Source: Omnitrophica WOR_2 bacterium GWF2_43_52 (lineage in GTDB: Bacteria; Omnitrophota; Gorgyraeia; Gygaellales; UBA12090). From it: a stretch of 64,000 nucleotides of DNA. A program made the position numbers and the translations under genes. Shown here piece after piece: positions 7,943 through 18,078 of this stretch. Under the pieces are notes generated by a model, which saw only the letters and a program-made list of their open reading frames with translations, was not told the DNA's origin and searched no databases. The stretch's first letter is position 1. Each line of letters starts with the position of its first letter. Where the stretch lies: NCBI GenBank assembly GCA_001805445.1, contig MHGF01000023.1, positions 82,859 through 146,858 on the forward strand, given 5' to 3'.

Positions 7943-9142
7943 GTGTTTAATCCGCTTGAAATCAAAAAGGGTTTATATTGGGTCGGGGCGATAGATTGGG
8001 ATTTACGAAGTTTCCACGGATTTACTTACTCTACGCACACCGGAACTACCTATAATTCTTACCTCTTGGTTGATGATAAGATTGCCCTGATTGACGGTGT
8101 AAAGGATATTTTCTTCCCTGAATGGCGGGAGCGTATCAGGAAGGTCATCGACCCTGAAAAGATTGATTATTTTATCTGTAATCATGTTGAGCTTGACCAC
8201 TCAGGAGCAATCCCGCAGATGATGAGGCTCTTGCCCAAGGCAAAGCTTGTGACGAATCAGAGAGGAAAAGACAATCTTTTGAAACATTTCTTTACCGAAT
8301 GGGATTTCCAAATAGTAAAAACCGGCGACAGGCTTTGTTTAGGTAAAAAAACATTGCGTTTTATCGAGGCCCCGATGATCCATTGGCCGGATAGCATGTT
8401 TGATTATTTAGAAGAGGATGGGATATTATTCTCTAACGATGCCTTTGGCCAGCATTATGCCAGCAGCTATCGTTTTGACGATGAAGTGAGTTTTGACCTG
8501 ATTATGGATGAGAACGCCAAGTATTATGCCAATATCCTTTGGCCGCTGAGCCCGGTAATCCTTAAGAAACTCGAGGAAATAAAGAGAATGAATGTGCCTC
8601 TCAATATGATTTTAACCAGCCACGGTTTGAGCTGGCGCAAGTATCAGGATAAGGCAATAGAGGCATATTGTAACTGGGCAAGCGGGGAAAGTGTTCCTAA
8701 AGTGATCATTGCCTATGATACTATGTATGCTTCAACCGAAAAGATAGCGCAGGCACTCTTAGAAGGGGTTATTTCAGGAGGCGTGGATGCCAAACTTTAC
8801 CGCCTGCCTATCAGCGATATAGGGGATATCATCAAGAAATTCCTGGATGCCAAAGGGCTTTTGGTCGGTTCATCAACCGTAAATAACGATCTCTTGCCTT
8901 CAGTAGCAAAGTTTTTACATGAGCTTAAAGGCCTGCGCCCTCTGAATAAAATAGGGAGTTGTTTTGGTTCTTATGGCTGGGCAAAGGATATAGTGGTTAA
9001 GGCAATGGAAAATACTTTAAAAGAATCAGGAATACAGGTGGTGCCATCTTCTTTGAGTTTTAAATATGTGCCCAGTGAAAGTGAATTAAAGCAATGTTTT
9101 GAGTTTGGGAGGAAATTTGCCCTTGAGGTTAAAAAGAGCTAA
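7943..9142 (+). CDS. FprA-family flavodiiron protein
   Basis: GTTYNSYL, NHVELDHSG, HWPDSM, SNDAFGQH, flavodoxin domain with FGSYGW. Confidence 0.94.
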   Translation: MFNPLEIKKGLYWVGAIDWDLRSFHGFTYSTHTGTTYNSYLLVDDKIALIDGVKDIFFPEWRERIRKVIDPEKIDYFICNHVELDHSGAIPQMMRLLPKAKLVTNQRGKDNLLKHFFTEWDFQIVKTGDRLCLGKKTLRFIEAPMIHWPDSMFDYLEEDGILFSNDAFGQHYASSYRFDDEVSFDLIMDENAKYYANILWPLSPVILKKLEEIKRMNVPLNMILTSHGLSWRKYQDKAIEAYCNWASGESVPKVIIAYDTMYASTEKIAQALLEGVISGGVDAKLYRLPISDIGDIIKKFLDAKGLLVGSSTVNNDLLPSVAKFLHELKGLRPLNKIGSCFGSYGWAKDIVVKAMENTLKESGIQVVPSSLSFKYVPSESELKQCFEFGRKFALEVKKS

Positions 9143-9253
9143 AGAATCGCCTGTTCTGGAGGGAAAAAGGTTAACGAATCCCCAGTTCTGTTTTTAAAGG
9201 TACGGTAGCTGTGGCTATTCTAGAGTAACGTCGGAGAAGAGCGCTGACTTTTT

Positions 9254-9288
9254 AAAAAGGCCGTAGAGAAAGCGGCCTTTTTCTTTTT
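9254..9288 (+). terminator. Rho-independent terminator
   Basis: AAAAAGGCCG...CGGCCTTTTT followed by a T-run. Confidence 0.75.
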
Positions 9289-9291
9289 AGT

Positions 9292-9320
9292 TTGACACGA
9301 GCTAAGTTCTTGCATATAAT
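9292..9320 (+). promoter_or_regulatory. Consensus sigma70 promoter of lysS
   Basis: TTGACA, 17 nt, TATAAT; the ATG is only 9 nt further. Confidence 0.85.
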
Positions 9321-9329
9321 ATAGTTTCT

Positions 9330-10799
9330 ATGGATATACAGGATATATATCACGACAGGATTAATAAGCTTAAGGCGTTGGAGCAAAAGGGGATAACGCC
9401 ATATAGCCAGCCGAAGAAATTTGCTAACCTTTTGCACATTAATGATGTGCTTGCGTGGTTTAAAGAAGGTGCCCAGGCATTTGTCTGCGGCAGGCTTATG
9501 GCTAAACGCGAACATGGGAAGGTGATTTTCTTTGATATAAGAGACCAAAATGCCAAAATTCAGGTGTATATTAAAGAAGATGTTTTGGGCAAAGAGAATT
9601 TTGAATTGTTCAATGCCTTAGACATCGGCGATATACTGGCAGTTGAAGGGGAGCTTTTTAAAACCAGGACCAATGAGCCGACGATTAAAGCGGTGAGCCT
9701 AACGCTTTTAGCAAAATCCTTAAAACCGCTTCCTGAGAAATGGCACGGGCTTAAAGATGTCGAAATACGCTACCGCCAGAGGTATGTTGATTTGATTGCT
9801 AACCATGAGGTAAAAAATATCTTTGTGCAGCGCGCTAAGATTATTTCCGCTATCCGTAACTATCTTGACAAAAAAAACTATCTTGAAGTAGAAACTCCTA
9901 TGATGCATCCTATCCCCGGCGGTGCCGCGGGAAGGCCGTTTAAAAGCCATCATAATGAATATGATATGGACTTATACTTAAGGATTGCCCCGGAGTTATA
10001 CTTGAAAAAACTCTTGGTGGGAGGTTTTGAGAGGGTATATGAAATAAACCGGAGTTTCCGTAATGAAGGCGTTTCGACCCGCCATAACCCTGAATTTACC
10101 ATGCTTGAAGTATATACCGCCTATGCCAACTGTGAAGGGATGATGTCGCTGGTTGAGGAGATAATGGTTGAAGCGGCTCTTGCCTCCTGCGGCAAGCTGC
10201 AGCTTGAATATCAGGGGAAAGTTATAGATTTATCGCCGCCATGGAAGAGGTTTTCCTTTGCCGATATCGTCAAGGAAAGATTTGGTATTGTCCCGGAAGA
10301 TGCCGCGGAAGTGATGTTAGAAAAATTACAGGCCAAAGGCAGGGCCATCAATGAAAAGAAGCTTTCCCGGTCACAAGTAGTCAAGATAGTTGAGGACCTG
10401 CTTCAGGAAGGACAGGATTTCTCTCCGGCGTTCTGTACCGATTATTTCTCCATACTGTGCCCTTTAGCCAAGAATAAGCCGGATAATCCGCATATCTCAG
10501 AGCGTTTCGAATTGTTTATCGGCGGTATGGAAATTGCCAATGCCTATTCAGAATTAAACGATCCTCTCGAGCAGCGTAAGCGCTTTGAAGAAGAGATTGC
10601 CGAGGCAAAACAGGAAACAAGCCAGCAGAGGGTTATTGATGAAGATTTTGTCAATGCCTTGGAATACGGCATGCCCCCCGCGGGCGGCTTAGGAATTGGT
10701 ATTGACCGTTTGGCAATGATTTTGACCAATCAGCCTTCTATACGCGATGTAATTTTATTTCCATTATTGAGGCCACAGGAAGATAAAAGCGGTAGTTAG
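9330..10799 (+). CDS. lysS: Lysine-tRNA ligase (class II)
   Basis: LPEKWHGL, YRQRYVDL, LRIAPELYLK, FRNEG, YGMPPAGGLGIGIDRL. Confidence 0.97.
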   Translation: MDIQDIYHDRINKLKALEQKGITPYSQPKKFANLLHINDVLAWFKEGAQAFVCGRLMAKREHGKVIFFDIRDQNAKIQVYIKEDVLGKENFELFNALDIGDILAVEGELFKTRTNEPTIKAVSLTLLAKSLKPLPEKWHGLKDVEIRYRQRYVDLIANHEVKNIFVQRAKIISAIRNYLDKKNYLEVETPMMHPIPGGAAGRPFKSHHNEYDMDLYLRIAPELYLKKLLVGGFERVYEINRSFRNEGVSTRHNPEFTMLEVYTAYANCEGMMSLVEEIMVEAALASCGKLQLEYQGKVIDLSPPWKRFSFADIVKERFGIVPEDAAEVMLEKLQAKGRAINEKKLSRSQVVKIVEDLLQEGQDFSPAFCTDYFSILCPLAKNKPDNPHISERFELFIGGMEIANAYSELNDPLEQRKRFEEEIAEAKQETSQQRVIDEDFVNALEYGMPPAGGLGIGIDRLAMILTNQPSIRDVILFPLLRPQEDKSGS

Positions 10800-10844
10800 A
10801 AGTTAGTCGTTAGTAGTTTGGAGAAGGAAGGAAGTAGAAGCCAG

Positions 10845-12023
10845 ATGAAAGCAATCTTTTGGATAGCCTGGCGCTATCTCTGGGCGGGAAAGGGCAAGCG
10901 TTTTATATCTTTGATAAGCGTTATCTCTATTTTGGGAGTAGCTATCGGTGTTGCCGCGTTGATTGTCGTCTTGGCGGTAATGTCAGGTTTTGATAAGGAT
11001 TTAAAGGAGAAAATAGTCGGTAATTATTCTCATATTGTCATTGATGGCGCGTCTGCCATAGGTGACTATATGATGCTTCTTGAAAAGATAAACGCGGTTA
11101 ACCATGTTACGGCAAGTTCGCCCTTTATCCAGACCCAGGCACTGTTACAGACGCACGAGCTTACCCGGGGAATTGTCGTTCGCGGCATTGACTTGGGTTT
11201 AGAATCTAAAGTAACCGATCTAAAGAATTATTTGTCGGCTCAAAACTATGATTTAGAAGGCGGGGTTTTTATCGGAAAAGAATTGCGGTACCTTTTGGGG
11301 CTTGAGCTTAATGATGCTATTACCTTGATTAATCCAAAAGGAAAAAAGGCTGTCTTGGAGGTGAAAGGATTTTTTAATTCCGGGATGTATGATTATGATA
11401 CCAATGTTATTTTTGTGGATTTAGCCAGGGCGCAGGGAATATTTGAGTTTGATAAAACAGTCAGCGGCATCAGCGTAAAAGTCGATAAGCTGTTTATGGC
11501 GGATAGAGTAAAACATGACCTTGAAAAAATGCTCGGGCCGTATTTCTATGTGCGTACCTGGACAGAACGCAATAAAAACTTCTTTGCCGCCCTGCAGCTG
11601 GAAAAAATCACCATGTTTATCATTTTAACCCTTATTGTATTAGTCGCGGCATTCAACATTATTAGCATGCTGGTGGTCATGGTTACCGAAAAGACAAAGG
11701 ACATCGGAATCTTAAAAGCCGTTGGCATGAATGCCTCCAGGATACGGGCACTCTTTACTCTGGAGGGCCTGTTTATTGGCTGTTTCGGTATTCTTTTAGG
11801 AACTACCTTGGGAGTAAGCCTTTGTTTAATGCTTAAGAAATACCAATTCATAAAATTACCAGCGGATATTTATTATTTAGACAGGCTTCCGGTAAGCCTT
11901 GTCCTTTGGCCGGATGTAGGCATGGTACTTCTTGCGGCATTGTGCATCAGTTTGATTTCTACGATTTATCCGGCAAAGAAGGCGGCGGGCTTGAATCCTG
12001 TTGAGGCCTTGCGGTATGAGTGA
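10845..12023 (+). CDS. Lipoprotein-releasing ABC permease LolC/E
   Basis: ISILGVAIGVAALIVVLAVMSGF, LVAAFNIIS, DIGILKA, PVEALRYE; ATG at 10845 preferred to the upstream TTG. Confidence 0.92.
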   Translation: MKAIFWIAWRYLWAGKGKRFISLISVISILGVAIGVAALIVVLAVMSGFDKDLKEKIVGNYSHIVIDGASAIGDYMMLLEKINAVNHVTASSPFIQTQALLQTHELTRGIVVRGIDLGLESKVTDLKNYLSAQNYDLEGGVFIGKELRYLLGLELNDAITLINPKGKKAVLEVKGFFNSGMYDYDTNVIFVDLARAQGIFEFDKTVSGISVKVDKLFMADRVKHDLEKMLGPYFYVRTWTERNKNFFAALQLEKITMFIILTLIVLVAAFNIISMLVVMVTEKTKDIGILKAVGMNASRIRALFTLEGLFIGCFGILLGTTLGVSLCLMLKKYQFIKLPADIYYLDRLPVSLVLWPDVGMVLLAALCISLISTIYPAKKAAGLNPVEALRYE

Positions 12024-12694
12024 TGCTTGAGGCCCGCGATATCCATAAGTATTATTCAAACGGTAAGGAAAAGCTTTCTGTCTTAAAGGGCGTTACGCTT
12101 AAAATATCAGAGGGGGAAATCGCGGCCATTGTAGGGCCTTCAGGGGCGGGTAAATCCACGCTGCTGCATATTTTAGGCGGGTTGGATAAGCCAACTACGG
12201 GTGAGGTTTTTTTTGAGGGAAAATCCTTACGGCATGTATCCGAGTCATGGCTCTGCGGGATACGAAATAGCTCGATTGGTTTTGTGTTCCAATTTTATCA
12301 TCTTTTGCCTGAATTTAGCGCCTTAGAAAATGTCATGCTTCCTGCGATTATCAGCCGCAGGCCTTCGCTTGAGCGGCATGCCCTGGAGCAGGCCGCGAGA
12401 ATACTCTTAGCGGAAGTAGGCCTGCGCCACAGGGTTACCCATCTGCCGGCACAGCTTTCCGGAGGAGAGCAGCAAAGGGTGGCATTGGCGAGAGCGTTAA
12501 TCAATGGCCCTAAGCTTCTTTTATGCGATGAACCTACAGGAAACCTTGACTCTGAGAATGGTAAACAGATTTGTCAATTGCTCAAGAACCTTAATAGTGA
12601 AAAGAAGGCTACGATAGTGATCGTTACGCATAACACAGAAGTCGCGAGCCTTGCGTCAAAGATATACAAGATAAAGGATGGGAAATTGGAGTGA
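12023..12694 (+). CDS. lolD: Lipoprotein-releasing ABC ATPase
   Basis: GPSGAGKSTLL, GFVFQFYHLL, LSGGEQQRVA, DEPTGNLD. Confidence 0.92.
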   Translation: MLEARDIHKYYSNGKEKLSVLKGVTLKISEGEIAAIVGPSGAGKSTLLHILGGLDKPTTGEVFFEGKSLRHVSESWLCGIRNSSIGFVFQFYHLLPEFSALENVMLPAIISRRPSLERHALEQAARILLAEVGLRHRVTHLPAQLSGGEQQRVALARALINGPKLLLCDEPTGNLDSENGKQICQLLKNLNSEKKATIVIVTHNTEVASLASKIYKIKDGKLE

Positions 12695-12737
12695 ATCGGG
12701 GAGATTCACTTTAGTGATGGCCAAGAGTAGGGGTGCA

Positions 12738-13610
12738 ATGATGAAAGTGTATATCAATGGAAAGTTTTATGAAAAGGAAAACGCGAAGATTTCGGTCTTC
12801 GACCATGGATTTCTCTATGGTGACGGGGTTTTTGAAGGGATACGTTCGTACAAGCGTGTCGTTTTTAAGCTCAAAGAGCATATCGACAGGCTGTTTGAAT
12901 CTGCCCAAAGTATTTGCCTTGAAATCCCCTTAACCAAGCCGCGGGTTATTAAGGCTGTGTGCGAAACTCTTCGGGTGAACACATTAGATAACGCCTATAT
13001 CCGCCTTATTGTTTCCCGAGGGATAGGTGATTTGGGCCTTGACCCTCGAAAATGTAAGGGTAACGCGACGGTGGTGGTTATTACTGATAAAATTGCCCTT
13101 TATCCAGAGAGGCTCTATAAAGAAGGCTTGGCAATTATTACCGTGCCAACGATACGCAATCTTCCTGAGGCGCTTAATCCTCAGATCAAGTCTTTGAATT
13201 ATCTGAATAATATTTTAGCTAAAATTGAGGCGATAAACTGCGGCTACGAAGAAGCGATTATGCTTGATTCTTTGGGGTATGTCGCCGAATGTACCGGAGA
13301 TAATATCTTTATCGCTAAGCACAATGAACTCTATACCCCTCCCCAATGTATGGGGACTTTACGGGGGATTACCAGGGATACTATTCTGGAAATCGCTTCG
13401 AAAAAAGGCATCACGGTTCATGAGCATGTCATTACCCGTCACGAAGTCTATATTGCCGATGAATGTTTTCTTACTGGGACCGCTGCCGAGGTTATCCCTG
13501 TGGTGAAGGTTGACGGACGAAAAATCGGCAGCGGCAGGCCGGGGAGCCTGACATTAAAACTGATGCAAGAATTTCATAAGGTTACAAAGAAAGAAGGAGT
13601 CAAGTATTAA
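12738..13610 (+). CDS. ilvE: Branched-chain amino acid aminotransferase
   Basis: DHGFLYGDGVFEG, KSLNYLNN, LRGITR, TGTAAEV. Confidence 0.94.
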   Translation: MMKVYINGKFYEKENAKISVFDHGFLYGDGVFEGIRSYKRVVFKLKEHIDRLFESAQSICLEIPLTKPRVIKAVCETLRVNTLDNAYIRLIVSRGIGDLGLDPRKCKGNATVVVITDKIALYPERLYKEGLAIITVPTIRNLPEALNPQIKSLNYLNNILAKIEAINCGYEEAIMLDSLGYVAECTGDNIFIAKHNELYTPPQCMGTLRGITRDTILEIASKKGITVHEHVITRHEVYIADECFLTGTAAEVIPVVKVDGRKIGSGRPGSLTLKLMQEFHKVTKKEGVKY

Positions 13611-13625
13611 ACGTGGGTAGCAATA

Positions 13626-13776
13626 TGTTAAAAGCGGTGATTAGGAAATCAGGAGATTAGGATTTGGGAATTAGGATATCAGGGTATTGGGAACAAAATT
13701 TTATTCTTCTCCTAATCCCCCGGGACCCCAATCCCCAAATGCTGATTTCCCAATTCCCTAATTCCCGCATTTAACA
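13626..13776. mobile_element. MITE-like quasi-palindrome family A, copy 1
   Basis: Ends TGTTAAA...TTTAACA; arms of degenerate 8-nt ATCAGGNN/NNCCTGAT units; homologous to 15462 and 31546. Confidence 0.75.
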
Positions 13777-13811
13777 GGGCTAATTCTGTATAGTATTATA
13801 AGTGAGGGGAT

Positions 13812-14318
13812 ATGTTATGTGATATATGCACAACCAATCAGGCAACGGTACATCTGACCGAGATAATCGATGAGCAGATGACGGAATTACACCTGTGCGA
13901 GGAGTGCGCCAAGAATAAATCTATGGATATGGAGCAGCAGTTTGGCCTGGCTGACCTTTTGGCAGGGCTTACCGATATAGGCAAAGCGCAGGTTGAAGGC
14001 AAGGAAGCTGTCAAGCTGAAATGTTTGGTGTGCGGGCTTACCTATGATGATTTCAGAAAAATAGGCCGCCTTGGCTGTAGTGAGTGCTACACGTCCTTTC
14101 GCAAATATTTGATACCGCTTCTTAAGCGTATTCATGGCTCAAATAAGCATTATGGGAAAACACCTTTGGTATTAACAAAACCGGTTAGGATGAAGTCCGA
14201 TGCCGCGGAGCTAAAAGAAAATTTGGAGAAAGCAATCCAGGCGGAAGAATTCGAGGAGGCAGCAAGAATCCGCGATGCCCTCAAGGCATTGGAAAAGAAA
14301 GCGTCGGAGAATAAGTAA
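13812..14318 (+). CDS. mcsA: McsA (UVR domain, CxxC motifs)
   Basis: MLCDIC, LCEECA, GRLGCSECY, EEFEEAARIRD. Confidence 0.93.
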   Translation: MLCDICTTNQATVHLTEIIDEQMTELHLCEECAKNKSMDMEQQFGLADLLAGLTDIGKAQVEGKEAVKLKCLVCGLTYDDFRKIGRLGCSECYTSFRKYLIPLLKRIHGSNKHYGKTPLVLTKPVRMKSDAAELKENLEKAIQAEEFEEAARIRDALKALEKKASENK

Positions 14319-15367
14319 TGCAATTAAACGATTTATTGAATCATACGAGTGAATGGCTTAAAGGGACTGGGCCTCATTCCGATATTGTTATGTCAAGCCG
14401 CGTGAGGTTAGCCCGCAATCTAGAGGGAAGGCTGTTTCCTCACTGGGCAAGCAAGGCTCAGGCGGAAGAGACGATGAACATTCTTAAGCAGGTTATTGAG
14501 CGCAATGATTACTTAAAGAAAACCACGTTCTTTAGGCTTGCTGATTTAGACAGCGTGGATAAGCAATTCCTTGTTGAGCGCCACTTAATGAGCAGAGAAC
14601 ATGCCTCAAAGCCTGATTCTAAGGCTATCGTGATGGAGGATGGAGAAATTATTTCCATCATGATTAATGAGGAGGATCATCTTCGGATGCAGGTAATGAA
14701 GTCGGGGTTTGATTTCCTGGAATCATGGGAGATTATGAATCAGATTGATGACTCTTTATCAAAAGAGCTCACGTATGCTTTTTCTTCAGAATTAGGCTAT
14801 CTGACGGCATGTCCTACGAATACCGGTACAGGGATGCGTGGTTCAGTCATGTTGCATTTGCCGGCCTTAGTCATAGCGCGCACCATTGAAAAAGTCTTGG
14901 CTGCTATCTCCAAGCTTAGCTTTACAACCCGTGGGCTTTATGGAGAGGGGACTCAGGCAATCGGCAATTTCTTTCAGATATCAAATCAGGTGTCTTTGGG
15001 CCATAATGAAGATGAGATTATCAGCAATATCAACGGCCTTATCCGCCAGGTGATTGAACATGAAGAGCAGGCACGAGCTATCCTCATCAAGCAGCAAAAG
15101 GCATTCCTTGAAGATAGGGTATGGCGTGGCTACGGCATACTCAAGAACGCGGTTATCATTTCTTCGCAGGAAACTACTGAATTACTCTCTATGGTGAGGC
15201 TTGGCGCGGATCTGGATATCCTTAAAGATATTGATCGCAGGACTATCAATGAATTATTTATCTTAATTCAGCCTGCGCATTTACAAAAGTTGGAAGGTAA
15301 GAAATTAAACAGCCAGGAAAGAGACGAAAAGAGGGCCAGGATAATCAGGAGTAAGCTGGTGAAATAA
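14318..15367 (+). CDS. mcsB: Protein arginine kinase
   Basis: SSRVRLARN, INEEDHLR, GYLTACPTNTGTG, RGLYGEG, QPAHLQ. Confidence 0.95.
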   Translation: MQLNDLLNHTSEWLKGTGPHSDIVMSSRVRLARNLEGRLFPHWASKAQAEETMNILKQVIERNDYLKKTTFFRLADLDSVDKQFLVERHLMSREHASKPDSKAIVMEDGEIISIMINEEDHLRMQVMKSGFDFLESWEIMNQIDDSLSKELTYAFSSELGYLTACPTNTGTGMRGSVMLHLPALVIARTIEKVLAAISKLSFTTRGLYGEGTQAIGNFFQISNQVSLGHNEDEIISNINGLIRQVIEHEEQARAILIKQQKAFLEDRVWRGYGILKNAVIISSQETTELLSMVRLGADLDILKDIDRRTINELFILIQPAHLQKLEGKKLNSQERDEKRARIIRSKLVK

Positions 15368-15461
15368 GAAATACCTCGGAACTTTCGTAGAACTGTACGC
15401 TAAAACTACGCTTGACATAATAGGCGTGGCTGCGCGTCCAAACGAAGTGAGGCAGAGTAAT

Positions 15462-15639
15462 ATGTTAAAAGCGGATATCGGACAATCAGGTGATTGGGAT
15501 TCGGGGAACTGGAGATCAGGGGATTAAGAGAAAAGGCACTATTTTGTTCCCAATATCCTGATATCCTAATCACCAAATCCTGATACCCCGATTACCTGAT
15601 TCCCGTATTTAACATGATTATTTACATATAGTATACGAG
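15462..15639. mobile_element. MITE-like quasi-palindrome family A, copy 2
   Basis: ATGTTAAAAGCGG...TTTAACAT plus a 3' extension to ...GTATACGAG; its reverse complement aligns with 31546-31805. Confidence 0.8.
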
Positions 15640-15651
15640 TGAGGAGGAGAA

Positions 15652-18078
15652 ATGTTTAATCGTTTTACTGAAAGGGCAAGAAAAGTAATTATTTTGGCGA
15701 AGGAGGAAGCCAGGCGTTTTAATCATGATTATATCGGAACAGAGCATATCCTTTTGGGGCTTATCCGTGAAGGTGAGGGAGTGGCGGCGGCGGTTTTAGA
15801 AAAGATGGGAGTAGATTTGCAGACAATCCGCTTGGAAGTGGAAAAAGTGGTCCAGCCCGGGCCAACCACGCAGATCCTTGGAGATATCCCTTTTACCCCG
15901 CGGGCGAAAAAAGCCCTTGAGCTGGCTGCGGAAGAGGCACGGGCCTTAGGCCACAACTATATCGGGACTGAACATATACTCTTAGGTATTATTCGAGAAG
16001 GTGAGTCTGTCGCTTCACAGGTATTGCTTAATTTAGGGCTCGATTTAGACAGGGTAAGAAATGAAGTTATGACGGTTTTAGGAGCGGCAACCCCGGGTTT
16101 TGGGCAGCAGCAGCCGGGGACAGCTCCAGCGAAAACTAAAACTCCCGCCCTGGATGCTTTTGGAAGAGATATTACCCAGTCAGCGCGTGAAGGAAAACTT
16201 GATCCTGTGATTAACCGTCAGAATGAAATTGAACGTATCATCCAGATACTTTCCCGGCGTACAAAGAATAATCCTGTGCTTTTAGGGGAAGCAGGCGTTG
16301 GAAAGACCTCGATAGTGGAAGGCCTTGCCCAGTTAATTATCAACGGTAATGTTCCCGAAATTTTAAGAAAAAAACGGTTGATCGTGCTTGATCTGGCGCT
16401 TATGATCGCAGGGACTAAATACCGCGGACAGTTTGAAGAACGCATCAAAGCCGTCATGGAGGAGATAAAGCGCTCGCAGGATGTTATTATTTTTATCGAT
16501 GAATTGCATACCTTAGTCGGCGCGGGTGCTGCTGAAGGGGCAATCGACGCGTCTAATATCCTGAAGCCTTCGCTATCGCGCGGCGAGATACAATGTATCG
16601 GCGCGACGACGCTTGATGAATACCGAAAGTATATTGAAAAAGATGCCGCGCTTGAACGAAGGTTTCAGACGATTATGGTAGATCCTCCCAGCGTTGAGCA
16701 GACTGTTGAGATACTCAAAGGTTTACGCGATAAGTATGAGAGCCATCACAGGGTGAAGTATGCCGACGATGCTCTGGAGGCAGCGGCAAAGCTCTCAGAC
16801 CGCTATATCTCTGGTAGGTTTTTACCGGATAAAGCCATAGATTTGATAGATGAGGCAGGTTCCCGTTCGCGCCTTGATGCCTTGGTTATGCCTCAGGAAA
16901 TTAAGGAGTTGGAGCGAAAGGTAGAGGAATTGCGCAGGGACAAAGAGGCGCTCATTAAGTCTCAGGATTTTGAACGGGCGGCAGCTATTCGCGATCAGGA
17001 GCGTAATGCCCGTATAGACCTTGAGAAGGTAATGAAGGAATGGAATCAGAAAAGGGATGAAACGCGCTCTCAGGTCGACGCGGAAGCTATTTCAAAAATT
17101 GTTGCCCAATGGACAGGCATTCCCCTCTTTAGGTTAGAGGAAAAAGAGGGGGAAAAGCTTTTAAAGATAGAGGAAGAACTAAGTAAGCGCGTTATCAGCC
17201 AGGAAGAAGCGATTACGGCAATTGCCCACGCGGTACGACGTTCTCGCGCGGGAATTAAGGATCCCCGAAGGCCTATAGGTTCATTTATTTTCTTAGGGCC
17301 TACCGGAGTAGGAAAAACCCTTCTGGCGAGGGCGCTGGCGGAATTTATGTTTGGCGATGAAGACGCGCTTATCCAGTTGGATATGACTGAATATATGGAG
17401 AAGTTTAATGTTTCCCGCCTTATCGGTGCTCCTCCGGGATATGTGGGGTATGAAGAAGGCGGGCAGCTTACTGAAAAGGTAAGGCGCAGGCCCTATGCGG
17501 TAATTTTGCTGGATGAAATTGAGAAGGCGCATCCGGATGTTTTTAACTTATTGTTACAGGTGTTTGAGGATGGCCGCCTTACGGATAGTTTCGGCAGAAA
17601 AATAGATTTTCGTAATACCATTATGATTATGACTTCTAATGTGGGTGCCGAATTAATCCGTAAACAAGGTTCGTTAGGCTTTAAATCTCAGAAAGAAGAG
17701 CTTACCTATCAAGAAATGAAGGAGAAGCTCTTGGGCGAGGTTAAACACACCTTTAAGCCGGAGTTTTTAAACCGTATTGATGATATTATTGTTTTTAGGC
17801 CGCTTATTAAGGATGATTTGACGAAGATTGTGGATATTGAGTTAGGGTATTTGATTGAGCGTCTCAAAGAGCAAGGAATTACCTTAGAGCTTACTCAGGT
17901 AGCAAAGGAGTTTTTAATTGAAAAAGGCTTTGACCCGGTATTCGGCGCAAGGCCGTTAAAACGGATAATTCAGCGGTTTGTCGAGGATTCTCTGGCGCAG
18001 GATATTATCTCCAAGCGTTTTAAGGAAGGTTCTTATGTGAAGGCAGATAAAAAAGGCGATGCGCTGGTGTTTGAATAA
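15652..18078 (+). CDS. clpC: ATP-dependent Clp protease ATPase ClpC
   Basis: MFNRFTERAR, two Clp-N repeats, GEAGVGKT and GPTGVGKT Walker A motifs, UVR middle domain, FGARPL. Confidence 0.97.
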   Translation: MFNRFTERARKVIILAKEEARRFNHDYIGTEHILLGLIREGEGVAAAVLEKMGVDLQTIRLEVEKVVQPGPTTQILGDIPFTPRAKKALELAAEEARALGHNYIGTEHILLGIIREGESVASQVLLNLGLDLDRVRNEVMTVLGAATPGFGQQQPGTAPAKTKTPALDAFGRDITQSAREGKLDPVINRQNEIERIIQILSRRTKNNPVLLGEAGVGKTSIVEGLAQLIINGNVPEILRKKRLIVLDLALMIAGTKYRGQFEERIKAVMEEIKRSQDVIIFIDELHTLVGAGAAEGAIDASNILKPSLSRGEIQCIGATTLDEYRKYIEKDAALERRFQTIMVDPPSVEQTVEILKGLRDKYESHHRVKYADDALEAAAKLSDRYISGRFLPDKAIDLIDEAGSRSRLDALVMPQEIKELERKVEELRRDKEALIKSQDFERAAAIRDQERNARIDLEKVMKEWNQKRDETRSQVDAEAISKIVAQWTGIPLFRLEEKEGEKLLKIEEELSKRVISQEEAITAIAHAVRRSRAGIKDPRRPIGSFIFLGPTGVGKTLLARALAEFMFGDEDALIQLDMTEYMEKFNVSRLIGAPPGYVGYEEGGQLTEKVRRRPYAVILLDEIEKAHPDVFNLLLQVFEDGRLTDSFGRKIDFRNTIMIMTSNVGAELIRKQGSLGFKSQKEELTYQEMKEKLLGEVKHTFKPEFLNRIDDIIVFRPLIKDDLTKIVDIELGYLIERLKEQGITLELTQVAKEFLIEKGFDPVFGARPLKRIIQRFVEDSLAQDIISKRFKEGSYVKADKKGDALVFE

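Noticed and set aside
13611-15651. CtsR or CIRCE operators for mcsAB-clpC
   Set aside because: No GGTCAAA direct repeat or TTAGCACTC-N9-GAGTGCTAA was found; the gaps are filled by family A repeats.
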